Below, in pieces: positions 7,908 through 19,143 of a stretch of DNA of 34,098 nt. Below the pieces are notes generated by a model. That model saw nothing but the letters and a program-made list of their open reading frames with translations, did not search any database and was not told where the DNA came from. The first letter of the stretch is position 1, and each line of letters starts with the position of its first letter. The DNA is from Chrysochromulina tobinii. Its lineage: Eukaryota. Both the position numbers and the translations under genes were made by a program. The stretch lies in NCBI GenBank assembly GCA_001275005.1, contig JWZX01003185.1, positions 1 through 34,098 on the forward strand, read 5' to 3'.

Positions 7908-10900
7908 TCACGTGCGTGCCTCCCAGAGCTCGGCAAACTTGGAGCCAGGCGTCGTCCTGAGCTCCTGCGGTGGGCCAGCCTCGGCGACGCGCCCCTCGTG
8001 CATCACCACCACACGGTCGCAGTGCATGATCGTCTCAAGACGATGCGCGATCGTGAGCACAGTGGTGCCGCTCATGTTGTGCTGCAGCGTCTGCTGGATG
8101 AGCGCATCGCTCTCCATGTCGACAGAGGCCGTTGCCTCGTCGAGCACAAGCACGCGCGCCTTACGCAGCAGCGCACGGCACAGGCAGAGCAGCTGGCGCT
8201 GCCCCATAGAGAGGTTGCCGCCACGCTCCTCGATGGGGCGTTTGAGCCCATCCGGGTGCTGCTTCATCGGTGCCTCCATGCCTGCCTGGCGCATCGCCGC
8301 CCAGAGCTCTTCGTCCGTGCACAGGTCCGTGGGGTCGAGGTTGGAGCGCAGCGTGCCTGTGAAGAGCACAGGGTCCTGTGGAATGATCGCCAGGCGAGCG
8401 CGCAACGTCGGCAACGGCACGCGTGCGAGGTCGAGCCCGTCGATGATGATTGCGCCCGAGCGCAGCTCCGCCAGCCGGTAGAGGCACACGAGGATCGAGC
8501 TCTTGCCGGCGCCCGTGCGCCCCACGATCCCGATCTGCTCGCCCGCGCCGATCGAGAGCGTCATGCCCTTGAGCACGTCAGGCAGCCCCGCGCGGTAGCC
8601 CATCACGACGTCGCGGAAGACGATGGCTCCATGGGTGGGCCATGCGGGGCGCGTCGAGCGGCTTCTCGGTACCCTCGGGGCTCAGGTGGGCGTAGTTCGC
8701 GAGGCGCTCAACGCTCACCATCTGGGTCTCGAGGAGGGTGAGTTGCCTAATCAGGAAGTTGAGCGTGTCCGTGAGGCCGGGGGCGTACGTGAGCGCGAGG
8801 CCGGCGGCGGAGGCGCGCAGCGCCGCCGCCGTACGCACTTGGGGATCGGACTCGTCGAGCGAGGCGGTCTGCATCGCCTCGAGCACGGCGAGCAGCGCAG
8901 TGAGGAAGAGAAGGATGTTGGAGTAGAGCTCGAGGCGCACGGTGAGCCAGCGGTTGGCGGCGAGCGAGATGTAGTTGGCGCGCAGGTTGTAGTCGTTATT
9001 CTTGCGGTTGGACTCCTCGAAGCGGCTGTTGGCCGCGTACGCATGGATGGAGGAGGCGCCGTTGAGGGCCTCCTGGAAGGAGGCGTAGATTGGCGACTTG
9101 GAGATCGACTCGAGGCGCTGCACCTCGCGTGCCGAGTTGCGGTAGTAGGACGAGGTGTACAGGTACGCGATGCCAAGCGGCGGCAGCGAGAGCAGGATGA
9201 AGAGCGAGTTGACGACGATGATGGCGAGCGTGCAGACGAGCGAGACGCTGTACGAGACGAACTGCGAGAGCGACGAGGCGAGGGCTGTATCCACCTTCTG
9301 CACGTCGCCCGAGAAGCGGTTGATGATGCGCCCGAGCGGCGTCACGTCAAAAAAGGACGCGGGCGACGCGAAGACGGCACGCACCGCGTCGTCGTGGATG
9401 CGCCGCCCCGCGCTCACGGAGGCGTACGCGAGGAGCACGGAGCGAAGCAAGATGCAGAGCGCCGAGACGAGCGCGGCGGCCACGTAGACGGCCAGATAGA
9501 ACCACGGCTGGCCGCCACTGATCTCGTGGAACGGAGATCCCTTGGAGATCGTCTCAACGTGCTTGGTGCCGTTGATGATCACGGTCGTCGTGTTGGGCGC
9601 CAAGTCGCCTGCCCACACGCCGAGCCAGAAGGACGAACCAAACACGAGGGCCTGCGACACGACCGCCGCACCGAAGAGGCCCACCGACACGTTCCAAGTG
9701 CCGAGCGCACGGGCATACAAGAGCCACACGGAGCGCGAGACGGTGCCCCGCTCACGGTCCTCCTCGCTCATCTGCTTGCCCTTCGCCTTGTCCTTGTCGC
9801 CGGCGCCGGCCGGCTTGGCCTTGTCGGCCACTGGCTTACTCTTGGTGGCCTCGCCGCCGCTGCCGTTGGCGCCGTTGGCGCCGTTCTCGCCCTCGCCCTG
9901 CGCGTCGAGGCCGCTCCCCACAGACGAGTCGCGCGAGAGCTTACCACTTGAGTTCGCCCGCGGGAGGGAGCCAATGGAGGCGGGTGGCCCCTGCGCCTTG
10001 ACCTTCCCTGCCTCGTCGAGCATCAGCACGTGGTCGCACTCGTGCAGCCAGTGCAGGTGGTGCGTCACGAAGACGACGAGCGCGCCGCGCTGCCGGAGCA
10101 GCCCGGTGATGCACTGGGCCACAAGATGAGCGCCCACCTCGGCGTCCACCGCGGAGAGCACATCGTCGAGCAGAACCACCGAGGCACGCGCATAGCACGC
10201 GCGCGCGAGGGCGACGCGTGCCTTCTGCCCACCACTCAGGTTGACGCCGCGCTCGCCGATCTCGGTCGCATCTCCGGCGGCGAGCTGCTCGAGATCCGCA
10301 CGGAGCGCACACGCGGAGAGCACTTGGTTATAGAAGGTGTCATCGTACGGCAGCCCGAAGAGGATGTTGTCACGTAGCGTCTTATTCTGGATCCAAGGCT
10401 CCTGCGTGCACAGCGCAATCGAGCCGCGCACGACACACCGGCCCTGCAGCCGCGGCACATCACCCACGAGAGCAGAGAGCAGCGTCGACTTGCCACTTCC
10501 AACAGGCCCCCCGATGCCCACGAGCCCGCCCTGCGGCAGTGTGAACGACAGGTCGACGAGCGTCGGCCGGAGCTTCGGTGCGTTCTCTCCTGTCGTGGGG
10601 GCCGTGGAGGACGAGGCGCCAGCGCCCGCACTGCCGACGCCGGCGGGGGGAGCGTGGGCGGGAGGGCCGCCCGGAGGACCGCCGCCGCCACCCGGGCCCT
10701 TCTTCTTCTTCTTGTCATCCTCCTTGGGCTCGGGCCACTTGAAGGTAGCAGCGTGCATCTCAATGGCGGGTGTGCCCGCAGCGGCTGGCGTCTGGTCGTA
10801 ATAGAGGCCGTCGTCGAAGCGCAACGGTCGGAGCGTCGAGGCGATCGCGGGCGCGAGCAGTGGCTGGATCGGACGCTCGGGCGCCCGAAAGAATTTGGTG

Positions 10901-12862
10901 AGGCGTCCGTTGACGACCATCAGGTCCATCAGGCTCGAGATCATCATGGGCACCACGAGCAGCGGGAAGCGGAGGACTTGGAAGAGGGAGAGGGCGGTGA
11001 ACGCGATGGCGGCGGTCAGCTTGCCGTCGGGGTTCTCGGGCGTGATCTTGCCCATGCCATGGACCGGGAAGAGGCCAAAGGAGGCGGCGGTTACGACGAG
11101 TGGCAGAGCGGTGAAGATGAAACCCATCACGCCACCGATGAGCATGTTCAGGCGCACGGCTTTAAGCTCGTGCCGGCGCTTCTCCTCGAGCTGGCCCAGC
11201 ATGGCGGGCTCCCACGCAAAGAGCTTGAGGATCTTGACTCCCTGGAGCAGCTCGTTGGCGTACTTGACGCGCTTGTCACGCTTCTCCATGGTCAACTTGG
11301 TGTACACTCGAGCCTTGTTTGAGATCCACGTGTTGAGCGGCATCGAGATGATGAGCACGCCGAGAGCCGCGAGCCCCGAGTACCCCATGAAATCGTAGAG
11401 CATGTACGTGGCGACGGCGAGCTGCAGAGGTCCCTGCCACAGCAGGTGCAGGTATGGCAGTGCGTCTGCGAGCTTCTGCGCATCGATCTGCATGTAGGAG
11501 ACGATCGCACCCGTGCCAAACTCCTGCCGCTGCTCGTGCGCGAGCGCGAGCGCCTTGCGATACACCACCTGCCCGACGGCCGCGCGCGTGCGCAGCCCGA
11601 GGCGGAAGCCACGCCAAAAGTACTGGCCTAGGACGATGGACTTGAAGCAGTTCGCGGCAAAAATGCCTACGGCGAGGAGGATGGCGGTCGAGTTCGTGTA
11701 GCCGCTCGCATCGGGCTTGTTGATGTACGTCACGATCGCGTGCAAGAACAACGGGTTGGCAAAGGTGCACGCCGTGTTGAGCAGCTGGAGTGCGCCCGTG
11801 ACCCAAAAGTAGACGCCGTACGCGCGGTGCCAGCAGCGCAGGAAGGAGCCACCTTTGGCGAGGGCTTCGACAAAGCTGCGAGAGGGGTTGCGGGCGGGGA
11901 GAGGGAAGGAGAGGGAGGGTGAGCGTATGGGCATGGGGAGGCGGCGGGAAGGCGGTGGCGGGAAGGCGGGGGCGGGAAGGCGGGGGCGGGAAGGCTGCAC
12001 GCGCGCACAGCTTCTCGTTGGCAGCGGACGCGTCCTGGTCGTCGAGCCCGAAGAGGTCACTGTGCTCGAGAGCCCGCCCGCGTCCGAGCGCGAGGAGCTC
12101 AGACATGTACGAGAAGGTGAGCTGCGAGAAGAAGGAGGCGTGGGCCTCGGCCGAGAGGGGCACGGCCGGCTCCTCTGCCGGCATTGTCGCGCCGCCCTGC
12201 GTCGAGCCGAGGAGCAGCGGCGCAGCGTAGTTTGATGGCGTGCTCGAGGAGAGGTATGCGGGAGGGCCAGCCGTCGATGTGGGGGGTGTATCCGCCTCGA
12301 AGCAGCCGATCATCCCGAGGAAGAAGGCTGGGATGAAGCCGCACGCGCGCACCAGCGTCCAGCGGCCCGGTCCTTGCCCCCACTTGCTCTCGGGCAGCGG
12401 CACGAGCTCGACCAGCTCGAACCCCACGAACGCAGAGGCGACGACCAGATTGAGGATCCACCACAGGCGGAGCAGCCGGCAGGTGTGCTTCTGGTGGCGC
12501 TGCTCGGTGAGCACGAGGCCGGCACATAGCGCCCACATGAGTGTCGCGCGCACGTCCATCGCCAAGTAGTACGCCTTCGTCGTCGCCGTCGACCAGGGCA
12601 TGTCCTGGCCCTCGAGAACTGCGTCATAGAAGATGATGGTGATGTACATGGCCACGAGCGCGAGGCAGCAAACGAGGTGAGGCACACGGTAGCAGAATGG
12701 CACCGGCTTCACGCGATGCTTGGAGGATGCCTTGGCCTCCGTGATATTGCGCGTCCGGAAGGCGACGATGAAGAGCATGAGCACGAGCTGAATTGGGTAA
12801 ATTGCGTGCATGTACGCATCATTGATCCGGTCGTCATCGGTCGTGAAAGGAGGGAGCCCCAT
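7908..12862 (-). CDS. ABCC/MRP-type ABC transporter (TMD0-lasso-TMD1-NBD1-TMD2-NBD2), about 1,600 aa; one intron and an apparent frameshift near 8646-8649
   Basis: Lasso motif ASFFSQLTFSYMSELL. NBD1: GPVGSGKS, LSGGQKARVALARA, LLDD. TMD2: FFDVTPLGRIINRFSGD. NBD2: GRTGAGKSS, LSMGQRQLLCLCRALL, LVLDEATASVD, IAHRL. The gene spans three ORF frames joined by intron 11876-12008 and a frame change at GGGG 8646-8649. Confidence 0.92.
11876..12008 (-). other. Spliceosomal intron (133 nt, phase 2) in the ABCC gene
   Basis: Minus strand AAGCT|GTGCGC...CTCTCGCAG|CTTTGTC. Removal gives continuous ..ANEKLFVEALAK.. The intron is pyrimidine-rich and contains about 4 copies of CCTTCCCGCC(C/A)CCG. Confidence 0.9.
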
Positions 12863-13143
12863 CACCGTGCGTGCTGCGCTGCTGCTGCTGCTGTAGCTAG
12901 CTCTTCCACGGCAGGAAACTGTACAGAGGCGCCCGCCCGAGGACCTCCGAGACCGAGGCGACAGCGACTGCGTGTTTCTTTCTTGCCAGTTCTTTGCACT
13001 TTCCGAAACGAGTTTCAGATTTGAAATCCCGCGCCGAGGAAACGCCGAGGTGTCAAACGCGTAAAATCAACATCTTGCAGGTACTGCGGAATTGCCTTTG
13101 TTTCCGAGGCAATTGGAATTCCTGGCGGCCGATTCCTAGGAGG

Positions 13144-15858
13144 ATGAGTGCCTTGCCGGTCGTGTTGTACAGCGCCCTTTCGATCGTCTTGCTGCCGCCG
13201 ACGAGACCAATAGCCCATTCAATATGGCTGCCAGCGCGTTGTGCGTGCACGCCAATCAGGTCTATCGAGATCACCTGCGCGATCTCTGCTCCCAGCAGCG
13301 CACGAGGGCGTGGGCGAGGGCGTGGCTCCCGAGGGCGTGATGAGGTGCCCGACTCCGGCCGTAGCAAGCGTCCAAGCGGCAGCGGTAGCGGCAGTGGTAG
13401 TGTCCGTGGCGGCGGCGGCCGCGGCCGCGGTGGTGACCGAAGCGCCTCCGCCGCCGGCTCCGATGCTCGACGAGCGCAGCTTCGGCGCGTGTGTTCGGCA
13501 GTGCGCTCAAGCGACTGGGCCGAAGTGAACGCGCTCCTCGACGAGTCCAGCACCGGCTGGGGCTTGGGAGAGTACCGTGCGATGACTCAGGCTGCGTCGC
13601 AGGTCACCGACTGGGAGGGCGCGCTGCGACTGCTCGAGCGCATGGAGGCCGACGGCAAGCCCGCCGATGCTCCGGCGTACGGGCACGCGGTCGCCGCGTG
13701 CGCCAAGGCCGACCAGCCAACCGAGGGGCGCGCGCTGCTCAGCAAGTTGCAGAAGGCCGGGGTAATGGCCGAAGTGCGCGGCTACAATCAGGTCATGAGC
13801 TCCTTTGCGCGGCAGCGCCGCTGGTCAGAGGCGCTCGGTCTTCTCCGTGAGATGTGCGCGGCGGGTGTGTCGCCCACCGTCATCTCGTACAATGCCGCCC
13901 TCTCGGCGTGCTCCAAGGCGGGTCGCTGGAACGAGGCGACCGAGCTGCTCGGCGAGATGGAGGCAGGTAGCAGCAAGGGCGGCGGCAGTGTGCCCGCGCC
14001 GGACGTGATCTCGTATTCGACTGTGATCTCTGCGTGTCAGAAGGCGTCTACCGGCACCATGGGCGCCTCGGCAAGCGCGGCGCTCGAGACGGCGCTCGAG
14101 CTCCTCGAGCGGATGCGCCGCAGCTCCAAGGTACAAGAGCCCACGGAGGGCGCGGAAGTGCCCAAGACCGCGCCGGTGGCGAACGTGTTCACGTACACGT
14201 CGGCGATCACGGCGCTCGCGGACGCGGGCCGGTGGGAAGAGGCGCTCAAGACGTACGCTTCGATCCCGGACGACGTCGAGAAGAATGATGCGATCGTCAA
14301 CGCGGCCGTGTGCGCGGCATCGGTTGGGGGCGATTGGGTGACTGCGCGATCAGTTCTTGAGGAGGCTCTGCTTGTGGGCGTCACGCCACGCACCTCCTCG
14401 TTCAACATGGCGATCAACACCGCCGCAGGCGCCCAGCAGCCGGCCGCAGCGCTTGCCATCTTGCGCCGCATGCGGACCGCGGGCGTGCGGCGCAATCAGC
14501 TCACCTATAACGCGGCGCTCAGCGCGCTGGAGGCGGGCGGCCGGTGGCAACAGGCGCTGCGACTGCTTCGCGACATGCGACGAGCGCGAGTCGCGCCGTC
14601 GCTCATCTCGTACAACCTCGCGCTCGGGGCGTGCGCCAAGGCCGCCAAGGTTTCGTCGGCCACGGTTTCGTCGGCCAAGGTTTCGTCGGCCACGGTTTCG
14701 TCGGCCACGGTTTCGTCGACTAAGGTTTCGTCGGCCACGGTTTCGTCGACCAAGGTCTCGCCTTTGGACTCGAGCACCGCGGCGGATGCGGCGATGGAGC
14801 TGCTGCTTGAGCTGCAGCAGCTCAAGCTGCAGCCCGACGTGACGAGCTACTCGTTGGCCATCGCGGCCCTCTCCGACGCGGGGCAGTGGGAGCGACTCGG
14901 CGGGCTGCTTGGGACGACGCAGGCAGAGCTTCTGCAGCCCAATGGCTTTTCCTTCTCCGCCGCGATCGCCGCGTGCGAGCGCGCAGGCGAGTGGGAAAGG
15001 TTGCTCGCGCTCTTCGCCGGCCTGCGCAAGGCGGGCGGCGCTGTCGATCGCTCTCTGTGGAATGCGGCCTTGTCCGCAGCAGCGTGCGCACCCGATGCAG
15101 GCACGGAGACGGGCGTTGACCTCGCGCTCTCACTCCTCGGCCAAATGACTGAGGAGGGCTATGCGCCCGACCTACTCTCGTACAACGCGCTGCTCAAGGC
15201 GTGCGAACGTGCCGCGGATTGGGATACGGCGATCGAGACGCTCTCGATCATGAAGTCCCACAAGATCGTGCCAGATGCTATCTCGTACACGTCGGCGGTG
15301 GGCGCGCTTGGGCGCGCGCGTGAGTGGGAAAAGGCGCTCTCTCTCTGGCTGACGATGCTCACGGATGGCATATCGCCCGACACGCTCGCGCTGCGCACGC
15401 TGCTCCGCGCTCTCTCGGGCGCCGCCCAATGGCCCACCGCCCTCGCGGTCTTTGACGCGGTGGCCAACTCCGAGGACGCCCACGTGTGCACTACGCCGGT
15501 GTACGAGCAGGCCCTCACAGCGTGCGCGGTCGGTGCGCAGCCCGAGCGCGCGGCTCGGTACATCGAACAGATGAAGTGCGTCGGCGTCGACATCTCCGCC
15601 GCCTGCTACGCCCAGCTCGCCTCCGCCCACGCGGCGGCCCGCGACTGGCGGGGGGCGCTGGCCGTGTTCAAGGGCCTCATGGCGGACGGGCTCCGGCCCG
15701 ATGCCCCCACCTACCAGGCAGTGTACAGCGCGTGCGACCAGGCTGGCGCCCAGGAGGAGGCGAAGGCGCTCTTGGAGTTTGCCGAGCGGCAGGGTTTGCC
15801 GCTCATCGCCATCGTGGGCGAAGGCGAGGGCGATGACTCGAGCAGCGGCGGCGGTTGA
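13144..15858 (+). CDS. Pentatricopeptide repeat (PPR) protein, probably organelle-targeted
   Basis: Many 35-aa repeats such as VISYNAALSACSKAGRWNEATELLGEM, VFTYTSAITALADAGRWEEAL, LLSYNALLKACERAADWDTAI and AISYTSAVGALGRAREWEKAL. The first ATG (13144) gives a hydrophobic N-terminus followed by an RG/S-rich segment. Confidence 0.93.
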   Translation: MSALPVVLYSALSIVLLPPTRPIAHSIWLPARCACTPIRSIEITCAISAPSSARGRGRGRGSRGRDEVPDSGRSKRPSGSGSGSGSVRGGGGRGRGGDRSASAAGSDARRAQLRRVCSAVRSSDWAEVNALLDESSTGWGLGEYRAMTQAASQVTDWEGALRLLERMEADGKPADAPAYGHAVAACAKADQPTEGRALLSKLQKAGVMAEVRGYNQVMSSFARQRRWSEALGLLREMCAAGVSPTVISYNAALSACSKAGRWNEATELLGEMEAGSSKGGGSVPAPDVISYSTVISACQKASTGTMGASASAALETALELLERMRRSSKVQEPTEGAEVPKTAPVANVFTYTSAITALADAGRWEEALKTYASIPDDVEKNDAIVNAAVCAASVGGDWVTARSVLEEALLVGVTPRTSSFNMAINTAAGAQQPAAALAILRRMRTAGVRRNQLTYNAALSALEAGGRWQQALRLLRDMRRARVAPSLISYNLALGACAKAAKVSSATVSSAKVSSATVSSATVSSTKVSSATVSSTKVSPLDSSTAADAAMELLLELQQLKLQPDVTSYSLAIAALSDAGQWERLGGLLGTTQAELLQPNGFSFSAAIAACERAGEWERLLALFAGLRKAGGAVDRSLWNAALSAAACAPDAGTETGVDLALSLLGQMTEEGYAPDLLSYNALLKACERAADWDTAIETLSIMKSHKIVPDAISYTSAVGALGRAREWEKALSLWLTMLTDGISPDTLALRTLLRALSGAAQWPTALAVFDAVANSEDAHVCTTPVYEQALTACAVGAQPERAARYIEQMKCVGVDISAACYAQLASAHAAARDWRGALAVFKGLMADGLRPDAPTYQAVYSACDQAGAQEEAKALLEFAERQGLPLIAIVGEGEGDDSSSGGG
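14644..14760 (+). repeat. 15-nt coding tandem repeat x~8 (AKVSS/ATVSS/TKVSS)
   Basis: Units (G/A)C(C/T)A(A/C)GGTTTCGTCG start at 14644, 14659, 14674, 14689, 14704, 14719 and 14734, with a partial unit at 14749. Confidence 0.95.
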
Positions 15859-16312
15859 GGAGCCAGGCGAGGAGCAGCATGTGGAGATAAGTATGAACGA
15901 AACATGAGTCACGTGGGCCGCACGTGTACTTCGGCGTGCAGTGGCCGATCCGCACGCAGACGTGACGCATGCGGCGCTACGGAGCTCTACGCCGCATGCA
16001 CCATCATTCGAAAATGAGAGAAAACGATGACATTTGAACTACATCAGAGAACGAACGACTCAAACACGCGTGAGCTGTGAAAGCACCGCGCTGTAAGGCG
16101 GGCGCGCGCGGCAGCGGGCAGACCGAACAGTCCAGGAGAGTCCCAGCGCCGAGGAGCCACCGATCCATCCACGATCCACCATCACGCGGTCTGTCGTAGC
16201 GAGAGTGGCGCGCCTGGCGCTGCGACACTCTCTTGCCCTCTCGTAGCTCGGTCCTCATGGGTCCCATCGTGCTGCCGTCGCCGCCGCCGCCGTCGCCGCC
16301 GCGCTTGCGCCA

Positions 16313-17329
16313 TCACTCGACCGCATCGCCGATGCCACTGCCCTGGATGGAGAAAGTGGCCTCACCCTCGGCGAGGCATGGTGAGTCGTACACCTTGCAG
16401 ATCCGGTTCTCGCCGCGCCCCTTGCGCAGCATCAGCCGCGTCGTCGACATGTGCGCGATGATGTTGCCGCCGATGGGCTGCTTGTCATTGCCGAACATGG
16501 AGGCGCCCGCCTCAGGTTTGGAGACGACTTGGTTTGTGATGACGCACGCCACGCCATACGTCGCACCGAGCTTGCCGAGCGCGCGCATGAACTTCGCCAT
16601 GTGCATCTGGCGCGCGGCGAGCTCGCCGCGGCCCGAGTAGTCGGTGCGGTACAGCCCGGTCGCCGAGTCGACGATGATGAGCCCGAAGCGCTGCTCGGCC
16701 ATCATGCATGCCGCCTCGACCAGCAGCTGCAGCTGGTGGTCGCTGTTGTACGCGCGTGCGTACGAGACGTTGTCGAGCACGTCCTGGCCGTCGAGCCCGT
16801 AGCGCTCGGCGATCTCCACGAGCCGCTCCGGCCGGAAGGTGCCCTCAGTGTCGATGTACATGGCCTTGCCCTCGGCGCCGCCCTGCTCGAGCGGCAGCTG
16901 CGAGGTGACGCACAGCGTGTGGCAAAGCTGCGTCTTGCCCGTGCGGAACTCGCCAAAGATCTCGGTGATCGAGCCCGTCTCGATCCCGCCCTTGAGCAGC
17001 GCGTCGAGCTCACGCGATCCTGTCGTTAGCATGCACAGGTCCTGCCGCTGGTGGTGAACTTCGGTCGCTGCCATGAAGCCGCTCCCGCCGCTCATCTTGA
17101 AGGCACACTCAAGGATCTTGTCGACCTTGTTGTCCGAGAGGCCCTTGATGCCGCTGAGCTCCTTCTTGGTCGCGTACAACACCGCCTCGATCGTGTGGTA
17201 GCCCGCCTCCTTCAGCTTCTTGATGTCGGCGGCCACGATGCCCGGCCCCTCGAGCTTTTCGATGTGGCTGTAGGAGGTCTGGGCCTCCTCCATCCCCTCT
17301 TCCATAACCTCTTGGGCCTGCGCCTGCAT
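16313..17329 (-). CDS. RAD51: DNA recombinase RAD51
   Basis: 338 aa, intronless. N-terminal HhH segment ([16 protein letters not shown]), Walker [21 protein letters not shown], Walker [21 protein letters not shown] (RAD51-type) and [13 protein letters not shown]. Confidence 0.97.
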   Translation of the reverse strand: MQAQAQEVMEEGMEEAQTSYSHIEKLEGPGIVAADIKKLKEAGYHTIEAVLYATKKELSGIKGLSDNKVDKILECAFKMSGGSGFMAATEVHHQRQDLCMLTTGSRELDALLKGGIETGSITEIFGEFRTGKTQLCHTLCVTSQLPLEQGGAEGKAMYIDTEGTFRPERLVEIAERYGLDGQDVLDNVSYARAYNSDHQLQLLVEAACMMAEQRFGLIIVDSATGLYRTDYSGRGELAARQMHMAKFMRALGKLGATYGVACVITNQVVSKPEAGASMFGNDKQPIGGNIIAHMSTTRLMLRKGRGENRICKVYDSPCLAEGEATFSIQGSGIGDAVE

Positions 17330-17600
17330 CGTGTGGCTTCAGTGCGGTTTCTCGGCGCCTTCGTGGCAGGACTCAAAACACAAAACGCAGCGAGCCGCCC
17401 GGCGGCAAACTGACTTCACACCGATGCACCTTTGTGAATGTGAACGTTTCGTTTCGTGGGGATACATGTAGCGGCGGCTCGAGCTCGCGCGCGGCAGGGG
17501 CTCTGGTGTTCGGGTCGTGCAGTTGGTATTTGAAAACAACTTCGAAAACATGTACCCACTGCGACTTAGTGTCATCGTGTCATGTCGATATACAAGCTCA

Positions 17601-18791
17601 TCACGTCAACGGCACCGATGAGCGCAGACGCCCTGTCCTCACAAATCCACGATGCTCGCTCGCCGCAAGCCACTGGAAAAACGAGGGCGCCTCCACCTCC
17701 CACCGCTGCGCTGCCGCATCCGACCCTTCGCGCGTCGACTTGAGGGTGCGACGGAAGAGCGTAGTTTGTGTGAGCGTCGTGTGCTCACCGGGCTCGAGCG
17801 CCACCATCTGAATGGGCTCGGGCGAAAGCGTGCGCTCCTCGATGTACAGATTGTACGCAAACAAGGGCGTGGGGCCAGAGAGCGTCGAAGAGATGCTCAC
17901 GCCCTGCCGGTCAAAGGCGGCCATCCAAGCCCCCTTTGACGTGGCCGCGCTGCCGCCAAACACAGCCTTGATCCGAGTGGGTGCGGCCACGCGCTTGATC
18001 GCACCGAGCGCCTGCGGAAAGGCGCGCGCATCGGTGCCCTGGTCGCTCGCAAAGTAGTCCTCGAGCGGCTCGGCCCATGGCAAGCAATCGTAGTACTCGC
18101 TCATGTTCAGGTCGAGAGCGATTTGGTCGCCAGGCCCGGCGGCCATCTGATCAAGCGAGAGGAGGTTATGCGAGTAGTACGGCGTGCGAAATCGGGTAGA
18201 GCCCGTGTTGCGCAGCGTCGTACTCACTTCGATCTGGCCCTCCGCGCCGTAGCCGGTCAGATTGACCTTCCTGTGAATAGAGTAACCGAACCGATCGAGC
18301 TTCGCTGCGTGCACCATAGTCAGCACGCTGCCAGACTCCTGTCGCACTTCCCACGCCGAGGGACGGCCGTAGACGCGATACGGAGAGTTGAACTTGTATG
18401 TGTCATCCGCGCCAGGACTACCGCACGCGGGGCACGAGCCCTTGATGAGTAGGCCGACTCCAATCTTGAGGAAGGGTTCACCTGCTTTGGCCTCGGCGTA
18501 CCCCAGAACACCGTTGCTGCTGTCAGCGTGGTTGGCCCATCCCGGACCGCAGAGGTGGCCGTCATCGCCACATCCCCACTCGGACGCTAGACCCACGCCA
18601 TTCTCGGTCCAGTCGGGGTCGTGTGGCGAACGCCAGTAGGAGGCGCTGAAGATGGTTGTGCTGTCAAAGTGAAGGTCACCGAGCATTGTGCCATGATCGA
18701 AGCGTGAAGCACGATAATAAGAGTCTGTGCGACTGGGTAAAAAGTACTTGACGCTAATGGGCCCTGAAGCTAGCGTTATGTTGGGAGCCAT
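17601..18791 (-). CDS. Hypothetical beta-rich protein resembling a conserved bacterial family (possible galactose-mutarotase-like fold)
   Basis: 396-aa intronless ORF. Motifs FLP..DSYYRASRFD, LGYAEAKAGEPFLKIGVG, STTLRNTG..YYSHN and LSPEP recall uncharacterised bacterial proteins from memory; not searched. Confidence 0.7.
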   Translation of the reverse strand: MAPNITLASGPISVKYFLPSRTDSYYRASRFDHGTMLGDLHFDSTTIFSASYWRSPHDPDWTENGVGLASEWGCGDDGHLCGPGWANHADSSNGVLGYAEAKAGEPFLKIGVGLLIKGSCPACGSPGADDTYKFNSPYRVYGRPSAWEVRQESGSVLTMVHAAKLDRFGYSIHRKVNLTGYGAEGQIEVSTTLRNTGSTRFRTPYYSHNLLSLDQMAAGPGDQIALDLNMSEYYDCLPWAEPLEDYFASDQGTDARAFPQALGAIKRVAAPTRIKAVFGGSAATSKGAWMAAFDRQGVSISSTLSGPTPLFAYNLYIEERTLSPEPIQMVALEPGEHTTLTQTTLFRRTLKSTREGSDAAAQRWEVEAPSFFQWLAASEHRGFVRTGRLRSSVPLT

Positions 18792-19143
18792 GCTCTGTGC
18801 AGACCGTCACGCAGCTTCAGCCGCGGGTCGAGGCAGCCTTGAAGTCCTTGAAGAAGTCCGGTGGCGCCTTCCTAATTTGAGATTTCCTGAGCTCACCAGC
18901 GAGATCGTCGCAATGCCGGGGCGCAACTATGCACCATGCAGGCGAAACGCGATAACCGTCCGGTCATAGGTTAAGTCATGTCAAAAATCACAGGACACCG
19001 ATCACCGACATGCGCCTCGCTTGCGTTTTATGCATCTCCGATCTCGTCAGCCAGCCGCAGCCCCTGAACGGCGACAGGCCAGTCAGTCCGTCTGAGCGCC
19101 CTCTTGTATAGTACGACCACACATGCATCCGCCCCCGCATTAC

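Noticed and set aside
7800..7920. GC-donor intron at the ABCC 3' end (GAG|GCACGC)
   Set aside because: NBD2 is already complete at ..SKFAELWE and no convincing acceptor or exon could be identified.
16313..17329. DMC1 instead of RAD51
   Set aside because: [24 protein letters not shown] and GGNIIAH match RAD51 rather than the DMC1 pattern DFSGRGELAERQQK / GGHILAH.
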